The notes beneath the pieces are model-generated. The model made no database searches. It was not told where the DNA came from and saw only the letters and a program-made list of their open reading frames with translations. Position numbers and translations under genes: made by a program. Shown piece by piece: positions 1 through 18,329 of a stretch of DNA of 64,000 nt. The first letter of the stretch is position 1. Each line of letters begins with the position of its first letter. Source of the stretch: the human T2T-CHM13v2.0 reference genome, Homo sapiens; the NCBI RefSeq assembly GCF_009914755.1, contig NC_060929.1; one strand, given 5' to 3'.

Positions 1-388
1 TTACCTGGAGGCTTCATCTACATAATAAGAACCTTGGTTTCCACAGCCCCTGAACCCAGACCCTCTGTTCTATTGATTTCAGGTCTTTAAAGATTTAACT
101 CTTTCAACTAATTGCCAATCGGGGAGTCTTGGAATTCATCTATGACCTGGAAACGCCCCCACAACCTGCTTCAAGATGTCCCACCTTTCTGGACTGAACC
201 AATGTACATTTTACATATATTGATTGTTGTCTTATGTCTCCCTAAAACATGTAAAACAAAACTGTAGCCTGAACACCTTGGTCACAGGTTCTCAGGACTT
301 CCTGGGGCTGTGTCACGGGTCATGGTCCTCACATTTGGCTAAGGGTAAATCTCCAAATATTTTACAGAATTGACTCTTTTCATCAACA
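1..388 (+). mobile_element. ERV1 LTR 3' part (MER4/LTR8 group)
   Basis: Ends ...caaatattttacagaattgactcttttcatcaaca, like MER4-group LTR termini; cut by the window start. Confidence 0.7.
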
Positions 389-488
389 ATTTCCAGCACC
401 AAACAGGAAACTGGTATCCCCTGAGCAGCTTCCCTGTGTTGCTCTCACTCTACTCTAAGTGAGCTCACACCTACCTGGTTCACTATAG

Positions 489-827
<339 letters not shown>

Positions 828-834
828 TGATGTC

Positions 835-1128
835 TTTGAGATAGGGCTCATTCTGTTGCCCAGGCTGGAGTGCAGTGGTGCAATCTCTACTCACAGCCTT
901 GATCTCCGGGCTCAGATGATCCTCCCACCTCAGCCTCCCAAGTAGCTAGAATTACAGGCATGCACCACCACACCCGGCTAATTTTTGTATTTTTAGTAGA
1001 GACGGGGTTTTGTCATGTTGCCCAGGCTGGCCTCAAACCCTGAGCTCAAGTGACCCCCCCAGCCTCAGCGAGTCAATCCTTAGAATCCAAAGTTCTTGGA
1101 TTACAGGTGTGAGTCACTATGCCCAGCC
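835..1128 (-). mobile_element. Alu (J-like)
   Basis: Diverged reverse Alu with a short internal insertion near 1070-1090. Confidence 0.85.
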
Positions 1129-1388
1129 TGTCCACTGTAGTTCTAGTCCATACCAGAAATGTGGATGGGACGTCAGTGGATCACATCTTGAGAAACTGCT
1201 GTAAACAGTGTGAAATCATCAGTAGAATTTACTTTTAAGGGCAGGGATTACCTATTATTAACCTTTTCATACATCTTATTTGAGGGCCTGGAACATGACA
1301 GTCACCTAATATATGTGTGATGATCTGAGCTCAAGCCAAGATTATCGTTTTCAAGCCTAAGATTTTTAAGTAGAGAAGTATCAGAGGC

Positions 1389-1795
<407 letters not shown>

Positions 1796-2176
1796 TCATT
1801 CCCAGGAGGTTAGGCATTCTTAGTCACAGGATGAGATAGGAGGTCAGAACAAGATATAGGTCACAAAGACCTTGCTAATAAAACAGGATGTAGTGGAAAA
1901 AAAAATCCAAAACCCACCAAAAAACAAAATGGCAATGAAAGTGACCTCTGGTTGTCCTCATTGTTCATTATATATGAATTATAATACATCAGCATGCTAA
2001 AAGACACTCCCACCAGCACCATGACAGTTTATAAATGCCATGGCAACGTTCAGAAATTACCCTATACAGTCTAAAAAGGGGAGGAAATTTCGGTTCCAGA
2101 AACTGCCTACCCCTTTCCCAGATAACTCATGAATAATCCACCTCTTGTTTAGGATGTAATCAAGAAGTCACTATAA

Positions 2177-2699
<523 letters not shown>

Positions 2700-2933
2700 T
2701 AATAGCCAGGATGTTTAAAAATAGAAAAACTTTCACTCATACTTCATTACTTCTCTAAAACAGATTAAAATACAATGTTAATTTGCTATGTCTTTCTACA
2801 GCTTTAGTTAGAAAATGGAGAAAAAAGAGTAGAGACCATAGTCAAGGGGACCAATTTTGCCTCCTTTAATTAAAGTGGAAGAACACATTAGAATAATAAT
2901 TCCAGGTATAGGAATGGGTTTCTAATTGGTTGA

Positions 2934-3472
<539 letters not shown>

Positions 3473-3514
3473 AACCTTCAGGCTTCTGTTTCTATCTCTT
3501 GGGGCAGATATTAC

Positions 3515-3991
3515 CTGAATTAGTGTCATCCAGAGAAACAGGCCAATAGGAAGTATACGTATCTCTCTAGAAAGAGGTGTATTATAAGGTATTGGCTCAT
3601 ATGATTATGGGGGCTGCCATTTGCAAGCTGGAGACCTAGAAAAGCTCGTGGTATAGTTCAATGGTCTGAGAGCCAGAGACCCTATGGTTCAGGTTCCAGT
3701 CTGAATCTGAAGGTCTCAGAGCCAGGAGTGCTGAGAGCAGGAGAAGATCGATATCCCAGCTCAAGCAATCCGGCAGAGATAATTCACCTTCTTCTTCTTC
3801 TACTCAGGCCGTCAACAGAATGGATGATGCCCACCCACATTGGTGAGGGCCATCTGCTTTACTCAGTCCACCAATTCAAATGCTAACCTCTCCCCGAAAC
3901 ATCATCGCAGGCACACTCAGCAATAGTGTTTAGCAATCCAACTGGGCATCCTGTGGTGCAGTCAAACTGACACACAAAATTAACCATCACG
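3515..3991 (-). mobile_element. MLT2 (ERVL) LTR
   Basis: ccagagaaacag..., gcccacccacattggtgagggc, and terminal cagtcaaactgacacacaaaattaaccatcac. Confidence 0.8.
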
Positions 3992-5699
3992 CTCCTCCAC
4001 TTTTCCTTGGTGGTTTCTCACTCTTCCCCTTCTGTCCATGTGGTTTGATGGGGCTGATCCTGCCCCTGCTCCCACTGGGCTCCAGAGGAGGGCAGCTGAT
4101 CCAGGTCTGGACGGTCAGCTTGCTCCATCTATTGGCTACCATGATAGCTTCACAGAAAAGCATGCGGCCAAGATGATCAAATAAGAGCTAGTTACAGCAT
4201 CCTTAAGAGGACGATGTCAGCCAGGAGTTGCGGCAGCTGTCTTTGCTACTTTGTGAGAGGATCCTCGCCCCATATGGTGACCACTGGAAAGCAGGCTGAA
4301 ATAGCGTAACCATCAAAGAGAAAGGTTAGCTCCCTCTGAGGGAAAGAAAAGGAAACCAGCTCTACAGTTCCCCCTGCAGCAATCAGGATTTGGAGAAACA
4401 GAAGGTTACAGAGGCAATCCCCGCAGCCCAGATCTGTAGTATTTCCCAGGTCTTTCAAACACATTTAATTCTGCACAGGGAAAAAAAAAATGGCATCATT
4501 ATTTAATCCAAAATACAATAACCACAATAGATTGCCCATGTGGGCACATAAGTCCCCTGCAGAGAATTTAATGTGCGTGCTGCCTTTACCCACACATATA
4601 CAACCAAGGCAGTGTGAATGGGGCCAGTCCCTTCTCGTGGCCTGGGAAGAGAGAACGTGGATGCCCATGGTTGTTATAAAAGCAAAAAGGGGGGAAACAA
4701 AGAAAGCCCAAGGGTATAGCTGCAACTCCACTTAAGACTAATGCATATCTTCATTTTAGTCCTCAGCAATAATCCAAAGAAATATCTGATGCTACTGAAA
4801 GACTACTGTCATCCCTGGTAGATACTCATCAATTATTATTAAGTATTGCATAGTTCAGGTCAAGATATAATATGTCTGAGAAAAACCATGGCACCTCCTT
4901 TTAATCTTGCATAGAAAACAATTAAAGTATATAAAGCACATTATTAAAATATGTAAAATTTATAATTTAATTATAAGATTGCATGGCTTTATGATCTAAT
5001 AGTTCTGCTGTATTTTGCATATTAGTGAACAATTGCTTTCTTAAAGCACACTGTAGAATCATTTACTTGATGCTGGAGAATAAGTTAATTATGGATTCCT
5101 TGTATATGACTAATGGATTTAATAATCACTTTACTGTAGAATTAACTTATACTTCCCTGTGCTTATAGCACTAATGATGATATTCATAAAAGTTATATTC
5201 TTTAAAAAATGTAAGATTGGCACAAAAAGAGAAACCAGTGTACAACTTGGTTTTCGAGCCAGCAGTTGTAAATAGATAGTTCAGAGTCATCAAGGCCCTC
5301 CTCTTGCTCTGTAATAAATCACACATACCCTCTCCACCTCCCACCCCTGCCACCAACCCTGCCTCCATTGGCTTTATTAAGGGAATTTATTTTATTTAAG
5401 GGAAAACGAAATGCTTGCCAGATACATTTAGTGAAGCTCCTGACTTTTTTAACCTCGGTTGTGGGTTACAATGAGGATTCTTCAGTTACATCCACTTGAT
5501 GAAGCTCTGGGAATCCCCATATGTGCTAAGATCACGTTGGGATGCCCCAGTCCCTCTGCTTGTCCTAGTTTCAGTCCGTTGAAGCCACTCACTTTTCTCC
5601 TTCAGCCAGAACAAACACTAGTGGAAGGCCTAGCAATACTGTTCTTTATTTAAGGAGGAGAGTCCCTAGCACTGCCTTTCCTGTCTTTTACCCTTCCTT

Positions 5700-6543
5700 A
5701 CCACCATCACCACCACTATCATCATCACCACCACCACCACCATCACCATCACCACCACCACCATCATCACCACCACCACCACCACCACCACCATCATCAC
5801 CACCACCACCACCACCACCATCACCACCATCACCACCACCATCACCACCACCATCACCACCACCACCATCATCACCACCACCACCACCACCACCATCATC
5901 ACCACCACCACCACCACCACCACCATCACCACCACCATCACCACCACCATCACCACCACCATCACCACCACCACCATCACCCACCACCACCATCACCACC
6001 ACCATCACCACCACCACCACCACCACCATCACCACCACCACCATCATCACCACCACCACCATCACCACCACCATCACCACCACCACCACCATCACCACCA
6101 CCATCACCACCACCACCACCATCACCACCACCACCATCACCACCACCACAACCACCATCACCACCACCACCATCATCACCATCACCACCACCATCACCAC
6201 CACCACCACCACCACCACCATCACCACCACCACCATCATCACCACCACCATCACGACCACCACCACCACCATCACCACCACCACCATCATCACCACCATC
6301 ACCACCACCATCATCACCACCACCACCACCATCATCACCACCACGACCATCATCACCACCACCACCACCACCATCACCACCACCATCACCACCACCACCA
6401 CCATCACCACCACCATCACCATCATCACCACCACCACCACCACTACCACCACTACCATCATCATCATCACCATCACCACCATCACCACCACCATCATCAC
6501 CATTACCATCACCACCACCACCACCATCATCATGATCATCATC
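5700..6543. repeat. Compound (CAC/CAT)n trinucleotide tract, ~845 bp
   Basis: Directly visible; one phase slip at ~5980. Confidence 0.98.
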
Positions 6544-6574
6544 TGGGTTATTCTTTCCTCATGGAATTAAATGA

Positions 6575-6700
6575 TGGAAGACCTAGATTTTATTTCCAGT
6601 TCTGTCGGTTTATAGCAAGGCTTGACCTTGGGTTATTAAACCTCTCCCAACCTGCTCCATGGCTCTAAAATGGGAAAACCGATTACTTCCCTCTGACTCT
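6575..6700 (+). mobile_element. MIR fragment
   Basis: tgaccttggg...aacctctc...ctaaaatggg core. Confidence 0.55.
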
Positions 6701-7671
6701 GAATGTGCTTTGTCCACTGTTCAGTCCTAAATACAGGCAGTGAATTATTACAGTGCTCTCTCCTATCCAAACAGACGTCACCCACCCCTTTGTAAAACAC
6801 TCTGCCATTTTGGGCATGGAGATTTAAAAATCCTGGAAGAAAAGAATTAAGGCTTGTGCTCTGGTATAAGCCTTCTTGTACAGAGCTGTTCAAGAAGTAT
6901 ATGTTTACTAAGTATATGCTGATAAATTGACTGAATGCATGTAAATTCTTAATTCACTCTCTGAGGACCTGAGGAATTGTAATTTTCTTTAGGTCAGAGA
7001 CCTGTAGCTCTTGCTGGGAAGCCTTGAATCACTGTCTTTCTGCCTCACATCCCCCACCAATGGCTCCCAGCATCATGCTTTGCAGAGTGCAAGGTCACAA
7101 ATAGTGAGAACGGACTGCCAGGAAATGGGATCTGGCCCCCCGTGGGGACTCAAGACACCTAAGGGCACCATAGACTTCCCCTCTTCTGGTTTCTTCAAGG
7201 TGTTCGATATTGGATATCTCTTTTCCTCCTTAGCATTATAAAATACTAAATTGCTTTGACAAGACAGAAATCCACATTTGTTTTATTAGAACTTACTTAA
7301 CATATTAAAGGGAAATGTTTAAGCTAAAATTTCAAGATTTCACTCAGACCTTCTTTGGGTAATTAAATGTCACTGGTAAACAGGAGGCTGCACTGAATGT
7401 CCTGATCTCTGTTAATACCTAAACTTTTGCTGTTGTTTAATGAGCTTCATTTATAACACACATGCCCACTACAGCCCCCCTCTCAGGCCACAGTCCAGTC
7501 ACTTCCATGGCAATTGGGATGATTTGTTCCTAGTCTGTTTATTCATTTAAAAAATACTCAGAATACTTCCTGAAAATCCTTATTCTCATCGAAAATATGT
7601 AACCCTGAAAAGCCCTTGTCCAAATTCGTGCCCTTTTCTCTTCACTCACAACCTTTAGCTTTTGGTCTAAA

Positions 7672-7817
7672 ACAGTGCTTCAGGGACCACCATGTGCATA
7701 CACGTCACCTGGGGATCTGTGCACGGTCTGACTCAGGTGGGGCCCAGATTCTGCATTTCCAGCAAGCTCCCAAGAGGAGCCAAAACTTGGTCCCAGTCCA
7801 CACTTTCAGTAGCAAGA
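7672..7817. mobile_element. MER5A (hAT-Charlie MITE)
   Basis: tcacctggggatct...ggtggggcccagattctgcatttccagcaagctccca...cacactttcagtagcaag. Confidence 0.7.
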
Positions 7818-8289
7818 ACCTAAACTTTTTGTGGATCAGCCTCAAAATAATTCCTGTTTAATTTTACACCAAGAAAATCCACATTATACTTACATAATTT
7901 TGTAATGCAAGAGAAACAAATGTTTAAGCTGAGCAATTTCTACACCACAAAAATAATTCTATTATTCTTTTTCTCTTGAAATACCAAAACCCATCATCTT
8001 TCATTTCTATCTCCACTTTATCTCCATTTCAGCCTCATATTCCCTTCTCCTATTTCAACCTGCTCCACAAGCAGAAGGCAAACTAAATACATTGAGTGTT
8101 ACACAAGCACAACTGCACCCCAGATTTTCAGGTGTCGTTTGCCTTTCAAATATTAAATAATATCTAAAATGTCTTGAGCTTATGTAAAACTTTATGCCTT
8201 ACAAAGGGCTTGCATACACTTATTTCATAAAAATAAGTTCATGTCTGGGAAGAGATGGAATAATGGAGTTTTAAAAAAAGGTAGATGTA

Positions 8290-8410
8290 CTTTGGAGTGA
8301 GATTCACAAATCCTGTCTCTGCTAAGAAGTCAATCTTGGGCAAATTACTTAACCTCTTTGCTTATATTTTCTCATCTGTCAAACAGGGTATGTAATAGTG
8401 GCATCATGAG
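8290..8410 (+). mobile_element. MIR fragment
   Basis: cttgggcaaattacttaacctct...tctcatctgt core. Confidence 0.65.
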
Positions 8411-9059
8411 CTAGCTATTTGGACAAAGGTTATAGTTGGAAGATTTCAGAGAAAACCGAATGGCCAATACTTGGAACCTAGAGGGCCTTTGGTATGTGTC
8501 CCCTCGATACCCACATCAGCCTGTTCCTCTAATTCTACTTCCTGTGCAGGGGTTTTTCAATGCACTCTGTTCTGGGGTACCTGTCCTTCTCCAGGATAGC
8601 ACCTAGAGTCTAACACCATCGCTTCCTTTCCTCTTTATCTGCAGACCTTTCCAATTCCTCTATAAAACCTGCCGCTTTTGTGAAACATGCAGTGGTATTT
8701 GACACCTAGGTTTCAAGTGATCAAACAAGACATGATGACAAATCTAAGAAAAATGACACCAACCCTTTGAAGGAAACCAAAATCAATTCTCTTTCCCCCT
8801 CTTCTTCGAGCTCCCCTCTTTTTCCACTGTTATCTTACCTCATCTATCATACTTAGACAGAAATCTGTATGTCTAGTTTCAATCACCGTTTCTCAGGCAA
8901 CAGCCAAGCCACTTAGCAAGAGTCTAAAGCAAGCCAATATAATATTCTGCCCAGAGTAATATTCGGCCAAAGGTTACTGTGCCAGAGTAGGTTAATTATT
9001 CTAAGAGGACTTACTTTTACTATAATTATTGGTCACTATGAACTAATTAAAAAAAAACC

Positions 9060-9250
9060 CTGCTGTTTATTAAGTGCCTCTGTATCCCCTAGAAGCTTTT
9101 ACATATGTATCTCATTTCATCCTCATTACAATTCAGTGAAAGATTTTTCAATTTTAAGGAAGTTTTAAGATCAAGTCGGTGAAATTACTTAAGGTCACAA
9201 GTTAGTGACAGGCAAGTCAAGATTCAAACAAAGCCATAGGCGATTGTCTG
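9060..9250 (-). mobile_element. MIR fragment
   Basis: tctcatttcatcctca...aaggtcacaagttagtg...gattcaaac. Confidence 0.6.
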
Positions 9251-9916
9251 ATTGTGTTTTGTTACTGTTGCTTTTAATTTAAAAATTAGGTTTAGCCAAG
9301 TAACATGTGCACTATCTGAAGGTAACATCTCCCAAATAGGTCAGTTTCCCCACAGAAGGATTCTCCCAGTTTCTCACTTGGAAGATGTAGACCTGGCTGC
9401 CAGCATTCTGGGAGCCCCCAGGGAAATGGCCTGAGGTCTCCCTGTTCAGTCCACTGACTTCCCCTTAATCTCCTGGTCCAGCATCTTATCACTGGCCCAA
9501 ACTGAGCAAATCTTACAAGAAATTAAACTCCTTGTCTTTTTTTTTTCTTTTTCTCATTCTTTTGAACGAGATACCTGCAAAGGAATCTTACTTTTCTATA
9601 TAGCAATTTTCAAAACATCCCGTTTTCAGGCCCAGTCCACAACCCTGCCTCCAGGGGCTCATATCGCTTTCACGTCTTGACATTCGGAAGTTCTGCAGTG
9701 CAACATGGCTGGCCTCTTGTCATCTTCTCCCGTGATGGATCTCTAGGTCTGCCCTGTCCCTGCTGTACTAAATCAGTTACCACCTATTCATTTGCTTTCC
9801 AGCTTCCAAACATTGTGTTGAGTTCCCCCATTTGCCGTGGAGCCCTCTCCTGTTCTCTTTGCCTTTATTAGTTTGTATTTTTCAAATTCCTTCGGTATCA
9901 TTTTAGTGGAGTTTGA

Positions 9917-10328
<412 letters not shown>

Positions 10329-11227
10329 GCTTAGTAGTTATTTTAGAGTCATGGTGTGTTAAATAATGCCCAGAACCTCACTTGACCCCCAAACCCAAAT
10401 AAACAGAAGCCAGTTAAGTTGGGCCATAGATACTTTCTAGTATTTCATAAAATAGTAGCCTAAATGTATTGGACATGTTAGTCTTATGACTAAGAAGAAA
10501 AAAAGGAAGGAAGAAAGCAGGAAGAAAGAGAGAGGGAAGGAGGTTTAAAAAAAAAAGGAATGGAAAATAGCTCCCTAACAATTTTTAAATCATACATGAT
10601 AATAAACTTTATATTTTACATAATTTTTCTTTATTAATACTTCTTGGACTTCACTATAAAACAATTTTATTCTCATACAATAACTCTCTCAGGGTTTGGC
10701 TTCCAGAACGAATCAGAAGGCAAAAACTACAATTCTACTGTCAAGATTATAGTTTGCTTTAAACCCAAAAGCTGTCTTTTAAAAAATTGCATCCCAGAAG
10801 AGCATTTTTGGATTTTTAAATATCCTATTTATCCTCTCTAAACTTGGAATCTGATGTCAACATTGGCTTGAAATCATCTGTGGCAGATTTATAATTTTTC
10901 TGGAAGGGAAAGAGGGAAAAACAAGATGAAAAAATGGGGATGTTTTTTCTTTTGGCTTAAAACCAAAGATTCAAAGCTGGTATGAATGAATGGCTTGGAA
11001 TGAAGCTTCTGGTGAACATAGTGGTGTTTGCAGCCCTGCTACAACCTTTACATGGTTTGCAGTCTCCCCACTTTGCATCATAAGTGCTGGCTGAGGTTAT
11101 TCTGGGGAGATGATAGCTGTGGAAAATGTGATTTAGAACTCTGCTCCCACCCTGCACACTCCTTGTCCAGGACTATGCTGGATCAATGCAGCTCTACTTG
11201 GAATGATGGAATATGGGGAGAAACAGC

Positions 11228-11539
11228 TTTCTTTTTTTTTTTTTTTTTTTTTTTTTTGAGACGGAGTCTTGCTCTGCCACCCAGGATGGAGTGCAGTGGT
11301 ACAATCTCAGCTCACTGCAACCTCTGCCTCTGGGATTCAACTGATTCTCCTGCCTCAGCCTCTTGAGTAGCTGGGGTTGCAGGTGCCCACCACCAGGCCC
11401 AGCTAATTTTTAAATTTTTAGTAGAGACAGAGTTTCACCATTTTGGCCATGCTGGTTTTGAACTCCTGACCTCAAGTGATCCACCCACTTCAGGCTCCCA
11501 AAATGCTGAGATTACAGGTGTGAGCCACTGTGCCTGGCC
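11228..11539 (-). mobile_element. AluS
   Basis: Reverse Alu with long T tract. Confidence 0.92.
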
Positions 11540-13134
11540 AAAACAGCCATTTCTATGATCAGTGTGTGAACAACCTGGCATGGTCCTGGATGCAGAGGTG
11601 CTGACAGATGGAGAATCACTGAGCCACAATGCATCTGTGTGAAACAGGAAAAAAACTATGAGGATGCCTGCCAGTTCAAGAAGCTAAACTCTCAGAAGAA
11701 CACCAACAGTGACATGAAACATAAAGGACCTTGTGATTCAGATAATACAGAATCTGCACACCATTCAATTCTTATTAAAGAATAAAAGATATAGATCTCT
11801 GTACATGCTTTTCTATTTCTGACCTTGACTCTATGTATTGAAATGACGTAAGAGCCTAGTATGTGTTTTACAGTCACAGTCTGATTTAATGTCTAGATTA
11901 TTTGACCTCCAGCAGATCTAAAAACCTCAAGTGTACAGAGTTAGTTGTCCAGGGATTGATTTGGTGCTCCATATTCAAACTACTCAAGGATCAAAAAATT
12001 AGCAAGCATAGAGTTTAACTATGAGACTTCAAGAGTAATAGCAAATGTTTCTGTGTTTATTTCATAACAATAACAGAATTTTTATTTAGTGATATCTAGA
12101 TGGAATTAAAAGTAATAAGAAGCAATGAAGGGTAAATGCCTTAATAACTATGAATTATATCTTTGCTGAAAGCATATTTAAAAATATGATTTGATGAATT
12201 AATTGGATGAAATTTTGTTTTGGTGTAAGAGTCTAAACATATCCTATGAAAGAATCACATGAAAATAAATTGTAGATCTACAATACTTGATAAGTAATTA
12301 GAAAGACTTCCTATGTCAATGGAAAATTTATTTGCATTCATTTGCATTTATTTTGGTGCACTAAAGAACCGTAAGAAGACAAAACATAGTTCTCACAAGG
12401 CTACAATGTTCTTGATAGGAGAAAGAAGCCATTGTAGACATAAAAATACTATACTCATTGGGAAAGGTGAAGAAAAATAAAGCAATCACAACAGCAACTT
12501 TCACAAAGATAGTTTTATGGCTCTATATTAATATAAGTCGTTCTTCAAAAACAAGCTGCTCCAATTTCTTATAGATTTTCCAGTGTCCTGATGCATGCTC
12601 TCTGGAGTTCTAAATTGCTTATTAAACACTTCAAAACATACGTCTGGAAATCGCCATTAGTGAAACAGTTTCCTCTGTGCCCAGAATCCACTGTATCACA
12701 TGGGCACACTCCAGACACATGTATTTCATGTATGACTATTGCATTTAGTTTTCAAAAGTCCATTGGTATAATTTTCCCTATTACATTTGTTTCTGACAAG
12801 TAAAAATGTGAGATCTCAAGAGGCAGATTCTCAGAATGAAATAAGGCTTTGCCAGCGATGTCCCCCACTGAGACAATGTCAACCCATTCTAACACAGTGC
12901 TAGAATTACAAATACAAATGCACAAGGTGTGCAGAGCATTGCAGTACTGGGTGTGCTGAAATCCAAGACTCCTGAGGATTACACACGTTTAGCAAAGAGA
13001 ATGATTTGCCTAAGATCTAGGTGTTCAAAAGAATTTCTCCAATCCACTTCAGCCTGTTATTATGTATGTATTCTGTTTTAAATGAGAAACAAGAGTCATT
13101 TTCTCCAGAATAATAGAACCATAGTGACACTTGA

Positions 13135-13459
<325 letters not shown>

Positions 13460-14019
13460 TATCATTATAATTATTATTAATGATTATAAAACTAAGTTTT
13501 CCTTCCAGTGTCCACTTTTTTTTTAGTTTTTAAAGAAAACTAATTTAATAGGGTACCTCTTCTAGTATCATATTTGAAGTCATCAAAGCTAGTTTTCAAA
13601 TCTTCTACATCACTTCTAATTATTCACAACTCCTCAGTGTCATTTGTGAGTTTCTTGGGCTGAGAATATGGGTGTAAAGGACTGATGGTATCAATTATTC
13701 TGGAGTGCGGAATCTTACCATTCTCGATTTGGTTACCCGCTCTACACTCTAATTTCTACATGGATATTACAGCATTATTTGAAGTTAACGTAGAGGAAAA
13801 TGAATTCAGTGAGTAGGATTCCTTCAGAATTTTCTGACAAGCCTTTAAAAAATCACATTTACAAAAACACAGTTAACCATTACTGTTAATTTATAATATG
13901 TTAATACTTTCCTGCAATGGTCTGAATTCACATGCTTTGCAAAATGACCAATTTATTAACACAATTATGATTTTCCTGCAATCATATGAAATAATTTACA
14001 CTTATTTTAACACACTGTT

Positions 14020-14121
14020 TTATATATGTGTGTGTATGTGTGTATACATATATACGTATATATATACATATATATTCGTATACATATATATGTGTATATA
14101 TAGGTGTATACACACACACAC
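14020..14121. repeat. Mixed (TA)/(TG)/(CA) microsatellite
   Basis: Alternating purine-pyrimidine tract, directly visible. Confidence 0.9.
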
Positions 14122-15322
14122 TTATCAGCAGCAACGAGCCAAAATCCATTAAAATACTTTCAAGGCTGCACTTTACTTAAATCTGATTCAATGTTCTTGA
14201 GCTAAATAATACAAACCTAATATGGTTTAACAGTCCATTGGGTGCGATTTTCTTTGGGGTTTTGGCATATAATATGATGGATTGAATTTGAACTTTGGTC
14301 ATGCTGGGGATATGGAAAGTCTGTGAGACCTTTTGTAGACAAGACAGGTAGATTTATCACGAGTGATTTTGACACAGGCTATTGTAAGTATATTATGTTT
14401 GTAATACACAGGGAAATTAAAGGGCCAGACTTCCTGATTAATATGTGACATCAGCTGGAACAATGGAGTCAGTATCAGAGTTCCCCTTAGTCAATAATAT
14501 GTAATTTATTTGTGGGCAATTCAGGATAAAAACAAATAGGTTTGATTCATTTAAGCCCAAGAAAAAGCTACTATTGTTGGCAATCAAAAATACCCCTGAA
14601 AGAGAAGGGGAAAAACTATTTCCAAATATTGGGAGCTTTTAGCAGCAGCTAGAACAAAACTTTTGGTGGTTAGGAGAGCTAAGCTATTGTCTATTCTTTA
14701 TGAGTTTCTTGATATAAAATGTACTCCCTAATGTTGACAAGCAACAATTTCACACTAGCGCACTTTTTATTTCTTATCCCATTTGTTTTTGATTTGATGT
14801 GGACAAGTTAATATGTCCAAGGGCCATAGGCAGTAGTTTTGCCCTTGAAAGGGGGAATTTATGTGATTTCTGTTTTTTTATTGTGTGCCTTTGGCACTGA
14901 CATTTCTGCTTTCTCAGGACAAAAATAAAAATTACTTTAATGTTAAATTGACTGAACACATTCTTATGTCCAGCGATTACTACAAACGAAAAAAATACTT
15001 AATATTAAGAAATAGAAACCATGGAATATAAAATTTATAAAATCTATCAACCTTTATAGGACCCCATCAGCCATGAATTAATTATACAGTGTTAGTATCA
15101 ATTGCTATGTTGACTACAACAAGTAAATAATTTAAAAAGTGGGCAAGATAATTCACATAGCTAGATTAAAGATGTCTTGATTATTTTACCCTGGGTCATA
15201 ACAAAGTCAATTTTCCAGGATGCTGTATCACTTAAGATAAAACTGAGCTATGTAACAATGACATTACATTATTTTTCAGAAAGATTTTATATATATAATA
15301 AGATATATGCATATTCATATGC

Positions 15323-15688
<366 letters not shown>

Positions 15689-15694
15689 TAGGAC

Positions 15695-15733
15695 ATATAT
15701 ATATATATGTACTCCCTAATATTGACTCTCTCG

Positions 15734-15783
<50 letters not shown>
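15695..15783. repeat. (TA)n and (CT)n(TA)n microsatellites
   Basis: Directly visible next to an Alu tail. Confidence 0.85.
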
Positions 15784-16073
<290 letters not shown>

Positions 16074-16494
16074 CATTTTTATATAATTTTTTAAAGTAAA
16101 AATAACACAAATAGAATAAAGGCTCTGTTTTAGATGTAGCCCCATTATTGAAATAAAATTATAAAACTAGCTGTAATACAGAGACCAAATGGTGTAATCG
16201 AAAAAATATTTACTTTGTAGACAGACAAACGTTGTTTAAATCTGTGCTCTGCCACTTAAGGATACAACTGACCTGCTTCTTTGAAGTCATCTGTAAAAAT
16301 CAGAAAATACCTACCTTGCCAGCTGGCAGTGTTAAATAAGAATAACATAAAGCTTGGTGCATAGGTATTAAACATATTTTTTTCTCTCTCTCAGTTTCAC
16401 TCCTCATAGTGAAAATGAGATCTTAGAGTAATGGCTATTTTTGTCCCATGTATTGTAGTATCAAGAACATCTTTTGTATTTTTTGATATGGTCC

Positions 16495-17700
<1,206 letters not shown>

Positions 17701-17850
17701 TCGTTCCCCTTTTCCACACCATTTTCCTACTTTTTCTTCCTCTTCAACATCCCCATCCAACTTAACACAACACTCTTCATAGCTTCCATTTTCACCAGGA
17801 CTTTTGGAAATTTGGATAAAAGTTTTTCCCATTGTAAATAGTCCATATTT

Positions 17851-18152
17851 GGCTGGACACAGTGGCTCACATCTGTAATCCCAGCACTTTGGGAGGCTGA
17901 GGCAAGCAGATTACTTGAGGTCAGGAGTTCGAGACCAGCCTGGCCAACATGGTGAAACCCTGTCTCTACCAAAAATACAAAAATTAGCTAGGGATGGTGG
18001 CTTGTGCCTGTAGTCCTGGCTACTCAGGTGGCTGAGGCAGCCTGGGTTCAATTGCTTGAACCCAGGAGGTGGAAGTTGCAGTGAATCGAGATCACGCCAC
18101 TGCACTCCAGCCTGAGTGACAAAGAGATACTCCATCTGAAAAAAAAAAAAAA
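17851..18152 (+). mobile_element. AluS
   Basis: Forward Alu with A tail; approximate TSD agtcca(t/a)att. Confidence 0.9.
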
Positions 18153-18329
18153 GTCCAAATTCAACTAAATGAGAGGCATCTCTGAGTTTCTAAGCAAAGT
18201 TTCTTTGCTGTTGGATTTCCTTTTTCATACTGCATAAATACTATACAGATTTTTGTAAAAATTTTGGCTAAAAGTCTACTGACTATGTGAGTACTGAAAA
18301 AAGACCCCAATTATTTATTCCAATTGCAT

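Noticed and set aside
5666-6542. 284 aa and 104 aa poly-Val/Met and Gly/Asp ORFs
   Set aside because: Translation of a simple trinucleotide repeat; no promoter, splice or homology support
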